64,000 nucleotides of DNA from Craspedostauros australis. Its lineage: Eukaryota. The stretch is taken from assembly GCA_030167865.1 (NCBI GenBank), contig JALAGF010004003.1, forward strand, positions 62,001 to 126,000. Reading direction: 5' to 3'. Made by a program: the position numbers and the translations under genes. Below, piece by piece: positions 55,040 to 64,000 of this stretch (position 1 is its first letter; every line of letters begins with the position of its first letter). The notes beneath the pieces were generated by a model. It saw only the letters and a program-made list of their open reading frames with translations. It did not search any database and was not told the origin of the DNA.

Positions 55040-58000
55040 TCAATTCTTCGCCACATTCCCTCGCAACTTCCACTCCGTCGAATTCCCCAACATGTACAGC
55101 TCTTGCAACTTGCGATCGAATTCACCTGCCTTCTTCCATTGCACCGCGATGTCGTACAATTCAAATGCTGCCATGGCATCTTCCACGGAATCATGGATGT
55201 CCTGCTGCATGTCACGTCCCAGCACGTGGTTGGCCAGAAATCGCAACGAGATGTACCGTTGCTTGGGTTGATGGAAGATCTCCACAGTGTCCAAGATCTG
55301 CGTCGGCGGGACGGCCAAATTAACGATGGCAAAATCCTTGCGCAGACCGTGCCCCAGAAACAGCACGCCCTGTTCCAGCAGGTACCGGAGCTTGAGGTAA
55401 GCGCAGCGCGTGGAGATGAGGTTGTGCGTGGTGCGCGCTGGATCCAGATCCTGGGCGACGATGCCGCTGAAACGCGTCAGGTAATCCGCAACTGGTTCCC
55501 GTGGCAGGACGTAGTCGTCCAGGATCGGTTCACGGGTTTCGCAGTCGATCACGGAGATGCGCGCCAAGGCGTATCGCGTGTCGCGGATCACGATCTTCGA
55601 GCCGTCTCCAGTGAGGATGGAATCCTCCTCTTGCACGGAAACAAACTCCGCATCAAACGCGACCAGTTTCCCTTTGCTGATGGACTTCGTGTCGAATGGC
55701 TTGATGGGAGGGCTGTTCTGTGCCAAGGAACGGACATTCATGATAGATGAAGGGACGTAGCAAGGCTTGTCCGAACGCTTCCTCGACTTATCTCTGCCGC
55801 CGCCACTGCCACCACCACCACCACCACCACCGCTGGATGAAGAACTCTTTTCTTTTCCGACAGCTTCACCTATCTGGCGAAACACCACAAGGCATGGCTC
55901 CTTGAAGTCGTTCTTGAATATCCTCGCATCTTCCACCGGAGTTTTGGAAACCACGAAGCCATTGAACAGTACCCAATCGTCGTCCGGGTCTGAAGCTTGG
56001 CTTCCTCCGCCCCCATCACTGCCACCACTGCCACCACTACCGCTGCTGGTGTTGTGCATGCCTTTCGTCTCGTTTATGGCGGCAAGCGCTCGCTCGCATG
56101 CATCCGCACGATCACGGTACTCTTCACGTTCCGATTTGCCGACACCAAAGAATGCTACGTCGTTCGCTGCATCGAAGACGGCCATGCTGGCTGCCTCCGC
56201 TCGTTGGCGTGTCAATGCTCGCGCCTTGTACGCGTTGGAGATGCGCGTGTGGATCACGTGGTGGCCACCGTTCTCCTCATCCTCATCATCAGTTGCGTCG
56301 GTCGGAGCATCCCCAGTGTCATTGCGCACGAAGGACAAGACGGAGTCCAAACGGTACTTGATCTTTTGTGCGCGGTTGGAATTACCGACCAGCTTTGTGA
56401 CAGCCTTTGGGACCTTGCCGGTGCATTCGCGCCATGTCGGAGACTTGTCCGAGACGTCGTTGCCGCCGCTGACTTCTTCACGCACAACGACGTTGCCGTC
56501 TGGTTTGAGTTCCACCTCGATGATTTCTGGCAACCACGGCGACTCTGCACCGCTTTGACGCCACATCCAAAGGCCATCTTCCTCCTTGCGCCCGGCACAG
56601 GAGCATGATATTGCCAGCACCTTTGGCAGGGACATGGCGATCTTGCGTTGCACGATGGTTTCGTATGATTTGGAGCTCTGATTCCACGCACGCAGACGGG
56701 TTTCACGACACAGCGCATGTCGCAAAACGTCAGCGAAATGGATCAACGGTCGAGGTTCCTCGGCTGTGAGGTGCTTTGAGAAGTATTCGTACGCCAAGTC
56801 CAACGTCATGGCACGCGTGGAAGATTTGTTCTTGTCTTTGGGCCCGCTGATGTTGATGAATTCGTTCGTACTGATAAAGTCAATGCCAAGGTGCGAATCG
56901 AAGAGCTTGAAAGATTTGGGACACTCCTTGTCGATCTGATACGCCAGAAAACGGAAGAATGCCTCGGGCCTTCTCGGAAAGTCCACGGCGGCAGGTGAAC
57001 CATCCAGGATCTGGAGCTGCTCGGCTTCTGGCATCGTCATGAGCGAGGCAACAAAGTTGGTTGGCACGAACGCATCAATCGAAGCCTTGTGCTGTCTCTT
57101 TTGTCCACCCGCCGTTGCCATTGATGCCGGTCTCCGGGTGCTGGGTTTTTGCAGAAGGCCGTGCCCTGACAGGCTCTCTATCTGATGAAAGAGAAAGCCG
57201 AGTTCAGGCGAAAGACCTCTATCGCTGCCCTTGCCAAACATCATCCTCTCATTGATTTGAGATGACAAGATGTACGTGCGAATTTCTGCGAAGAAGTAGA
57301 GCAGCAGTGCGATGGGCGCCGCGAACGCATTTGGCATCGTCGGTGAATAATCCCAGCCAGGGAACATGTTGGATGTGTTGAACTTGGAGGGACAGAATCC
57401 ACCGGATGCCTTGAAATGGGGACGCAGTTGCAAGCGATATCGTGGTGGGATAGTATCATCGAGCGACGATCCACTCGTGCGGTATCCTTTGAGCCGGCGT
57501 CGTTGATTCAGTCCATCCTCGTAACACAACGTCGACAGACCGTGGGCATGCAAGAGCTTGTTTGGATTTTGCAGACTCTCCTTGTGTTTCTTCCCCCTGT
57601 ATCGCTTGGATGTCGTGACGTGGTTCGCCATCAGGGACACGCCCAGCTTTTCTGCTAAAATCGTCATGGTGAAGTCCGTGGATTCGGGCACGGCTTCTTG
57701 GATCAGGCTCTTGGCCACATTGCGACGACCCGTCTGCGTGATTGGTCGGCGTCCCAAAATGCCAAACGTCGACGATGATTCCTCCACAGTGTTGCCAATG
57801 AACGTGAGCTTTGGAGACTTTTGCAAAACGTACATGCCAAACACGGACTTCATGCGTTCGGTGGTGCCGTTGCGGACGCCAGGATCGAACTTGTTCAACA
57901 GCAGAGTGGGATCCAATGACACTTTGGGCATGGGCAGTGCGTACGGTGGCACGGGAAGCGGCAGCTTCGTCGTGCTGGGTGGAACACAGCCAGGTGTGCC

Positions 58001-59740
58001 TGCTGTTGAAGATCCTGGCTGCTGGGGACGCAGCGACGATGAATACGTGCTCAGTTTGGCGGAGGCGTGCATCGTCGTAGTGGGCAGATCTGCGTCAGCA
58101 GAATCTTCGTATCCGGACATTCGGAACTGTAGCACTCTGCCCGTGGTGGTGCCGACGGCAAGGTCACCGCCAGCGCATGTCAGGGCGCTCATGGTCTCTC
58201 CTGATTGCAACGCCGGCATGAAGAATGTGCTCGAATCACCCTTGGCATCGAATGGCACCAGGACTTGCAGGCCGCCACCTGGCTGTCCACTGGCGATGGC
58301 GAGGCGGTTGGATGGCAGGTTCTTCATGTCCGGCAGGAAAGAGCAGAAGCGAGGTCCACCCTGGACCCCGGAGAAGGAATGTGACACGCCTCCTCGACCA
58401 AGGATGCGGATGTCGTATATTTTGATGGTTGGATCTGGGAAGGAGTACAGCGAGGAGGTCTCCTTCGTCCGGCTCGGGCGCGATCCATAACCTGCCGTTG
58501 CCACCAGCATGCCATCGGCTGAGACGGACATGGAGGAAACGCCACCCGTGTGCGATTTGATGGTGGCCATCTCACGCAAGGAGTCGTCCATCACTCGGAT
58601 GTTGCCATCGGAACAGCCTGCGATAACGGCACGTCGCTCCTGACTGGTCGCCATGACGGTGACGCCCAGCTTGGAGTTTGAGCGGCTGTCATGGAAACTA
58701 CGCGATGACACTACGCGCAGTCCGTGCCAGATATCGATGCAATGCATCTCGTGACGGTTGTAGTGCGCGTTGCCACATGGGATGCCCCCGACGGTAAGAT
58801 GGGTCGGGATAGTGGATCCCTCCGAGTACGGGTGGATGGTGCCCGACATCATGCCTCTCATATCCTGGTCATGCAACTGCAAACCTCCATGCGAATGGAC
58901 GCGCACCGCGGAGGGCGAGACGCTACCGACGTAACCTTCTCCCAATGGGAGCAAAGTGGTGATGCCAATATGCCCCTCCTTGATGGCACTGCTGGTGGAT
59001 GGCAGCGTCATTGTTTGCTCCACGTTGCAACCACCGTAAGGTGGGCGGTAGGCATGCGATGGGATGCTCATGTGAGTTGGTGGCACCGGGATTGTTTTTG
59101 GGACACCGTACATGCATTCATACACCTGCTGGAGGACGCTGGACGCGGCCTCGGGGTGCCCGGCCACGCTGCTGTACATCATGCCGTCGATGGTGGAGTG
59201 CGTGACGAGCACCGACGCACCATGACTGCGCCACCTGCTGGTGGACATGGATTGCGTTGTGGATGCAACGAACATAGCCTGGTGCGCCGAATCATAAGCG
59301 AGCGAGTTGACGGGGAAGCCGAATATGCGTGGGATGATCTCTCCGTTGGGATAGAATGATCCTGGGGACGCCGTCTCCATAGGAGATTGGACTGGTATGT
59401 CATTGTGCATGTAAGATGATGGATCGTTCCACGTCCCGTCTGCTCCATTTGCGTATGCATCAAACGAAGCTACGCCAGTTGCTCCATAGAACGCACCATC
59501 TGGTGGCATGCTATTGCCGTACCCGTACGAAGAAGCAGCGCCAGTTGCGGCAACGGCGTCGTTGGCGGTGGGTGGATAGAATTCGGCGGGGTGTCCATGT
59601 CCATGTCCGTGCCCATGCTGTTGATGATGAACGGCAGGCGTGGAAGACGATGGCGCTGGGTATTGGGCCTGTCGATTTGGATCGTAGTAGCCTGCGGAGG
59701 CAGATCCAGACATGGGCTGGAAGGAATGATTGTGGCTCAT
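55040..59740 (-). CDS. PAN2: PAN2 poly(A) deadenylase (WD40 + pseudo-UCH + DEDD exonuclease)
   Basis: 1566-aa ORF. WD40 region (SHTGGVSSMSVSADG, DPTIKIYDIR); UCH-like region (WVLFNGFVV); nuclease LVAFDAEFV, ARISVID, DYLTRFSGI, FLGHGLRKDF, SLRFLA, HDSVEDA. Confidence 0.95.
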   Translation of the reverse strand: MSHNHSFQPMSGSASAGYYDPNRQAQYPAPSSSTPAVHHQQHGHGHGHGHPAEFYPPTANDAVAATGAASSYGYGNSMPPDGAFYGATGVASFDAYANGADGTWNDPSSYMHNDIPVQSPMETASPGSFYPNGEIIPRIFGFPVNSLAYDSAHQAMFVASTTQSMSTSRWRSHGASVLVTHSTIDGMMYSSVAGHPEAASSVLQQVYECMYGVPKTIPVPPTHMSIPSHAYRPPYGGCNVEQTMTLPSTSSAIKEGHIGITTLLPLGEGYVGSVSPSAVRVHSHGGLQLHDQDMRGMMSGTIHPYSEGSTIPTHLTVGGIPCGNAHYNRHEMHCIDIWHGLRVVSSRSFHDSRSNSKLGVTVMATSQERRAVIAGCSDGNIRVMDDSLREMATIKSHTGGVSSMSVSADGMLVATAGYGSRPSRTKETSSLYSFPDPTIKIYDIRILGRGGVSHSFSGVQGGPRFCSFLPDMKNLPSNRLAIASGQPGGGLQVLVPFDAKGDSSTFFMPALQSGETMSALTCAGGDLAVGTTTGRVLQFRMSGYEDSADADLPTTTMHASAKLSTYSSSLRPQQPGSSTAGTPGCVPPSTTKLPLPVPPYALPMPKVSLDPTLLLNKFDPGVRNGTTERMKSVFGMYVLQKSPKLTFIGNTVEESSSTFGILGRRPITQTGRRNVAKSLIQEAVPESTDFTMTILAEKLGVSLMANHVTTSKRYRGKKHKESLQNPNKLLHAHGLSTLCYEDGLNQRRRLKGYRTSGSSLDDTIPPRYRLQLRPHFKASGGFCPSKFNTSNMFPGWDYSPTMPNAFAAPIALLLYFFAEIRTYILSSQINERMMFGKGSDRGLSPELGFLFHQIESLSGHGLLQKPSTRRPASMATAGGQKRQHKASIDAFVPTNFVASLMTMPEAEQLQILDGSPAAVDFPRRPEAFFRFLAYQIDKECPKSFKLFDSHLGIDFISTNEFINISGPKDKNKSSTRAMTLDLAYEYFSKHLTAEEPRPLIHFADVLRHALCRETRLRAWNQSSKSYETIVQRKIAMSLPKVLAISCSCAGRKEEDGLWMWRQSGAESPWLPEIIEVELKPDGNVVVREEVSGGNDVSDKSPTWRECTGKVPKAVTKLVGNSNRAQKIKYRLDSVLSFVRNDTGDAPTDATDDEDEENGGHHVIHTRISNAYKARALTRQRAEAASMAVFDAANDVAFFGVGKSEREEYRDRADACERALAAINETKGMHNTSSGSGGSGGSDGGGGSQASDPDDDWVLFNGFVVSKTPVEDARIFKNDFKEPCLVVFRQIGEAVGKEKSSSSSGGGGGGGGSGGGRDKSRKRSDKPCYVPSSIMNVRSLAQNSPPIKPFDTKSISKGKLVAFDAEFVSVQEEDSILTGDGSKIVIRDTRYALARISVIDCETREPILDDYVLPREPVADYLTRFSGIVAQDLDPARTTHNLISTRCAYLKLRYLLEQGVLFLGHGLRKDFAIVNLAVPPTQILDTVEIFHQPKQRYISLRFLANHVLGRDMQQDIHDSVEDAMAAFELYDIAVQWKKAGEFDRKLQELYMLGNSTEWKLRGNVAKN

Positions 59741-60160
59741 CCTGTCTCACATGCGATGCTCACTGCTCCCAATCGTGCTTGTACTTTCGGATACTGCGAC
59801 GAGAATGCCACCGTCTAGCGCAATGGGATGTTGCGGTCGACAACGCGACGATATCTGAGGGAAGAAAGAACCAAAATGCACAAATAAACAAAGAAAGGTG
59901 GAGAGACAGAGGGTGCGCGCGGTGTCCTCTAGTGCTGTTCTCTTGGCTGCATCCGCTGCCGTCCGCGTTTTTCTTGTGAGGGATGCCTGTGCTCGTGGCG
60001 CAGAGTAGAGTAGCTCGTAATCTCCAAGGAATTCCACGGGATACTCGCTGTTTTGAGAGATTCAGAGATCACGAGAGATCCGTTGCTACTATATGTCTGC
60101 CTGCTCAGTGCGTGGGGAGTCCGAAGATGATGCTCGATGCAGCGCACGATACTCCACAAA

Positions 60161-60178
60161 GAGAGAGAGAGAGAGAGA
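60161..60178 (+). repeat. (GA)9 microsatellite upstream of PAN2
   Basis: Directly visible gagaga run. Confidence 0.85.
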
Positions 60179-60630
60179 ATGTTGGGTGATGGAAACTCTG
60201 TCAGGTTTCTCGGATCAATCGATCAGTTGATGTGCAAAAATGATGGGCAAAAGACACGTGCGAAGAAATTGAGCGTCGCCAAAGATTCTGGGTTGTAGTT
60301 GTTCCTGTCGAAAGGATCATGTCAGCTCAACAAGACAGGAAGGTGGGAGGTTGGTTGAAGTTTCTGCGACGCGTGGCTTGTGTGCGAAGTGACCGCCACA
60401 GAACCGGCGCAGGAACTTCGGACGCATCTACTCGTGCGAGCTACACACGAGCCACCATACTCCATCCTTAGTTCCCCTGATGGCAGCATACACACTTCCT
60501 TTTGGTATTGAATCGTCTCGATTGCTCGTAGAGATCATCTCTCTAGAGCAATCTACCACACTTTTATAGAGTATGTTCATGTTTATCTGAATTGTAGATA
60601 CGGCGAGTAGCGCCGGCGCATCCAAACGTA

Positions 60631-62736
60631 TCATCTCCTGGTCGCCCTGTTCGGATTGTCTTGTATTGTGGGAGCTCCTGATGTCAATTGCTGCGGCGGT
60701 AACGGTGGCGGCATCATGGATTCCAAGATATGCTCTGTAAAGTCCTCCGAGGCGGTATGCGTGGGTGGATGCGCAACCACAAATAGGTCCTTCGTTGGCT
60801 TCCACACCGTCGAACTGGCATGGACTTCCAACACGATCGATGCTGGTGACGGTATCTGCGACCCCAACACAGTCGCGTTCGCGGCCATGAGTACATTCAT
60901 CTTGCGATCAACGTTTGAGCGCAACGCATCCCATTTGTTCAGTCGTCGGACAAGGGCCATGTTCGTGCTCTCATCTACCAGCAGGACAGTGCCGAGGGTA
61001 CCAGATGTCGATCTGCCGTTGGAGTTGGTAGGCCTGTCTCTCCTCCTGTTCTGGCGATGCTGATGATTGCTGTTGTAGCTTCCGTGATCGTGACCGTGAC
61101 TATGACCGTTGAATTTCATTTTCCTACCTGCCTTGTCTGCTGTCTCGGGCTGGTGTGCTGGTGGGTGGCTGTCCGCATTAATGTTCATGTCTGCATCCCC
61201 ATCATCGCTGCCCTCTAGGTTGAACCAAACAACAGTGCAGTGTGGAAGGATGTTTTGAGGTTGCCAGTCGACTCGCGATGATGACGCTGAAGCTGCCCCA
61301 GCGAAATCATTTGTCGCGCCGCCATGACCATGATCATGGCCATTGCCATTGCCATCGGCGCCGTTGCCAATTCCCGCAGCCAGCGCATGATACTTGTGTG
61401 ATGGAGGTGGCAGTTGTGCTCGGACGGTGATGCCATCAATTTGCGTGACTCTTGCGTTGCCATTCCCGCGCGAACCTGCATTTCGTCGGCGTTTTCTGCT
61501 TCTGCTGGAAGTTTGGGAGGCGCTCGATTCTGCCTCGTCTCTGTCCTGAACGATGGAAAAGGCCGATCCCCAACCGTTGGCAATGTGCGTCGTTCTTTGA
61601 CTTCCAGCTGCTGCTGCTGCCGCCGCCGCCGCTGCTACTGGCATGGCTTGAGGTCCGTCACCTGCCCCATCTCCTGAAGCGTGATCGCGAGCGCTATCCT
61701 CAACATCAATCTTGTAACGTGATCTTTTGCGCTGCTCGATGACAATACCATCAAGAACTTCGATTTCAACGTCAGAGTTGACATCTTCGAGTCTGTCAGC
61801 ACAGTTGTGGCAAAACCAGTCCCCTTCTGGCACACTGTCAAGCGGTGGGCGCAGACAGTAGAGATGGAACAGTTTGTCGCAACCATCGCAGAAGAGCATG
61901 TTGTCTCCATTGTACCGTGAACGGCAGATCTCACAAAAATGGTCCGTCATGAGTCCAGCCGCCGCTATCGCTTCTTCTGTTGCAGCGGCCGCATCATGTT
62001 GGTCATGAATGTGTCCGTTAGGATGCTTGGCGCCAGTGTGGTGGTCGTGTCCATTGTGGTCGTCGTAGTTCTTCTGCTCGCCAGTTCTGTCTTCGCCATC
62101 GCCATTAGCAACACTGTCATCGTCGTCGTCGTCGTCATCATCGTGGCCGTTGGGCTTCTTGCGCACGGTTATCGAGAACGGATCGGTCTTGTGAAAAATG
62201 GATTGCAATTCGCGCATCACGCCCTGAGATTTGACAGCATCCACCAGCTCCGAGGCTTGATCATCATTGACATGCGCGCATTCGATTTCGTAGTGTCCAT
62301 AATCTCCACAGATCGTGCACTTGCGGAACAGCACCGGGACAGTCTGGAACAGTAGTCTTTGCTGGCTCAATGCATTGGGAGGTAGCATTGATGCGTCCCC
62401 TTGCGGTGCCAAGGAAGAAGCAGATGTGCCGTTCTCAGTTGCGCCATGTGACGCTGCGGCATTGTTGGTAGCGGCGGCAGTGGGGATGAATTCATTTTTT
62501 GCCCATCGTGTGATCGCTGTGATGGAGCACTCGTTGTACTCCAATCCGAATGGTTGCAAAGGCTGATGCTGCGACTCGCGCTGACTATGTGTGGACGGCT
62601 CACCTTCTTCTTTTCTTCCTCCTCCTTTTTCTTCAGCTTGATCGTGATTCTGATCTTGACCATTCTGTTGTTGACCATTCTGTTGCGTTTGCTTTGCACT
62701 CCGTTCGTTTTGTGCCCGTTGCGGTTGTGTCGATGT
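60631..62736 (-). CDS. PHD-finger + CCHC zinc-knuckle protein (last exon; 5' structure unresolved)
   Basis: CTICGDYGHYEIEC (CX2CX4HX4C) and CEICRS...MLFCDGCDKLFHLYCLRPPLDSVPEGDWFCHNC (C4HC3). The frame stays open upstream of the listed ORF to a TAG ending at 62737, which can serve as a splice acceptor. Confidence 0.85.
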   Translation of the reverse strand, partial: TSTQPQRAQNERSAKQTQQNGQQQNGQDQNHDQAEEKGGGRKEEGEPSTHSQRESQHQPLQPFGLEYNECSITAITRWAKNEFIPTAAATNNAAASHGATENGTSASSLAPQGDASMLPPNALSQQRLLFQTVPVLFRKCTICGDYGHYEIECAHVNDDQASELVDAVKSQGVMRELQSIFHKTDPFSITVRKKPNGHDDDDDDDDDSVANGDGEDRTGEQKNYDDHNGHDHHTGAKHPNGHIHDQHDAAAATEEAIAAAGLMTDHFCEICRSRYNGDNMLFCDGCDKLFHLYCLRPPLDSVPEGDWFCHNCADRLEDVNSDVEIEVLDGIVIEQRKRSRYKIDVEDSARDHASGDGAGDGPQAMPVAAAAAAAAAAGSQRTTHIANGWGSAFSIVQDRDEAESSASQTSSRSRKRRRNAGSRGNGNARVTQIDGITVRAQLPPPSHKYHALAAGIGNGADGNGNGHDHGHGGATNDFAGAASASSSRVDWQPQNILPHCTVVWFNLEGSDDGDADMNINADSHPPAHQPETADKAGRKMKFNGHSHGHDHGSYNSNHQHRQNRRRDRPTNSNGRSTSGTLGTVLLVDESTNMALVRRLNKWDALRSNVDRKMNVLMAANATVLGSQIPSPASIVLEVHASSTVWKPTKDLFVVAHPPTHTASEDFTEHILESMMPPPLPPQQLTSGAPTIQDNPNRATRR

Positions 62737-63896
62737 CTACTTGGAAAGAGTCAAGTGATTGAGATAGATTGAGATGGATTGTATTGAATTGCATTGAATT
62801 GCATCCGATTACATGGTATTGATGCCAACGAACCACGGTGGCATGATCACGGATATTCCATGCAATTCCGGAACGAAGATGCGTCAAGAAGAAAAAAGAG
62901 AAGGGTGAATGAGTGGGAACAGCCTCGACTCTGAGTATCACATGCAATAATTGATGGTGGTCACACTGATAGATGTCCAAGCACTAGCATCTCATCTCCG
63001 TCCTCGTTTCCATTCATCGTCGACTCGAACTCGCGCTTGTTTAGCAGCAAGAGGAGAAGCGAACGAATAGATCGATAGCGAAGCCAATCGCCAGCTCAGG
63101 AGGGTGGAAGACCGAACTCATCAGGCCTGCCTGATATGCTCAAAAACAGTGGAACGCCACTTGACGGAATGGAAACGCTCATCGCAATGCAGCATCCACT
63201 TCTTCCCATCGACATGTGGGCTCACCTGGCCGACCAAGGATGCGGTCCCCCTCCGACTCTGTTGAAGCGTGTGAGGCTCGTTGGACGCAGCGGATGACAT
63301 GCTGGCGCCCCCCTTCCCTTGCGTCGATGCTCCCAAGTTGAAATCAAGCCTCACGATCGGATGAGATCTGCGAATCTATCTCTGTTCACAGTCTCGCATC
63401 CAACCCTCCACCTGCATGAACATCGTACTCCCGCGCTTCTAGTCTCTGTGTCATTGAGTTTTGCGTCGGGATGGCCGGAATTGGCGACCTTGTCTGGTGT
63501 TTTTGTGCCTTTGGCTCTCTGTGCATGATTTCCTTGTGTTGTTTTCGCAGAGAGTTTGTGGTGAGAGTTAGGTCTACGGTAGATGGATAATTCTATTTTT
63601 CACGAAATATCTCCCATTCAGTATTGTATTACGTGACTGATGTACTGAAGAAAACAGAGTATTGCGGAGAAGTAGTCCTGTTCAAACGAACTCAAACGAG
63701 CACCACCAAGACAACACCCAATCACGCAACACGGACTCACTGCACAGAGAGTCGGAAACATCCTGATTGGGGCGATCATCAGTCATCTTCTCATAGTCGT
63801 CGAGTACTAACACGATTACGATTACGAGTACGAGCACGAGTATCAACAACATCAACATCGACACTCGCACACTCACGCGGACACACAAACACTTCC

Positions 63897-64000
63897 ATGA
63901 CTTCCAACCAAGTACATTCTGGCACCCAACAGGCCGACGAAGATGTTATCGTTGCGGGAGACGATGATGTGACTCAAGGCTCCGCTCAAACCCCGAACGG
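63897..64000 (+). CDS. Probable start of a gene running off the window (MTSNQVHSGTQQADEDVIVAGDDDVTQGSAQTPN...)
   Basis: ATG after a CA-rich leader like those of other genes here, and the frame is open to the window end. Confidence 0.45.
   Translation, partial: MTSNQVHSGTQQADEDVIVAGDDDVTQGSAQTPN

Noticed and set aside
62563..62603. Possible 41-nt intron (AAG|GTGAGC...CAG) in the PHD gene
   Set aside because: The reading frame is already open through it, and it is far shorter than every other intron here.
60631..62736. CCHC knuckle as a retrotransposon gag remnant
   Set aside because: No protease, RT, integrase or LTRs are visible, and it is fused to a host-type PHD finger.
63018..63035. B-box/T-loop-like GAGTTCGAGTC on the minus strand
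   Set aside because: The flanks do not pair into a T-stem and no cloverleaf can be drawn.
1..64000. A coherent metabolic gene cluster or horizontally acquired island
   Set aside because: Gene functions are unrelated, intron style is uniform, composition shows no visible break, and no mobile-element hallmarks were seen.

Overview
This is a gene-dense eukaryotic nuclear region, most likely from a diatom. The assignment is an inference from GT-AG introns, bipartite 'signal peptide + A|F' plastid presequences, a tandem DUF6824-like protein and CA-rich leaders. About 25 protein-coding genes are supported. Nine spliced models were rebuilt by hand and all keep frame. Recognisable genes: TEN1-like OB fold, GT43 glycosyltransferase, organellar bL9, homoserine kinase, plastid RF3, double GST-N protein, prolyl-4-hydroxylase-like dioxygenase, CAP-Gly protein, NPPY amino-methyltransferase, BAP31, ceramide synthase, plastid NFU, SIN3, SPIRAL1/Jupiter-like protein, phenylalanine hydroxylase, Kir channel, PAN2 and a PHD/zinc-knuckle protein. 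I see no CRISPR array, tRNA, rRNA or transposon, and no convincing multi-gene novel system. The best leads are (i) an orphan phage/virus-style NPPY methyltransferase with a Lys-rich N-terminal exon, (ii) a TEN1-like OB fold split by a long disordered insert, (iii) a SPIRAL1-like gene convergent with an orphan membrane-protein gene that has clustered E2F-like sites upstream, (iv) an SH3-like module inside SIN3, and (v) a Kir channel with an unusual mix of pore residues. All family assignments come from motif recognition by eye, not database searches.
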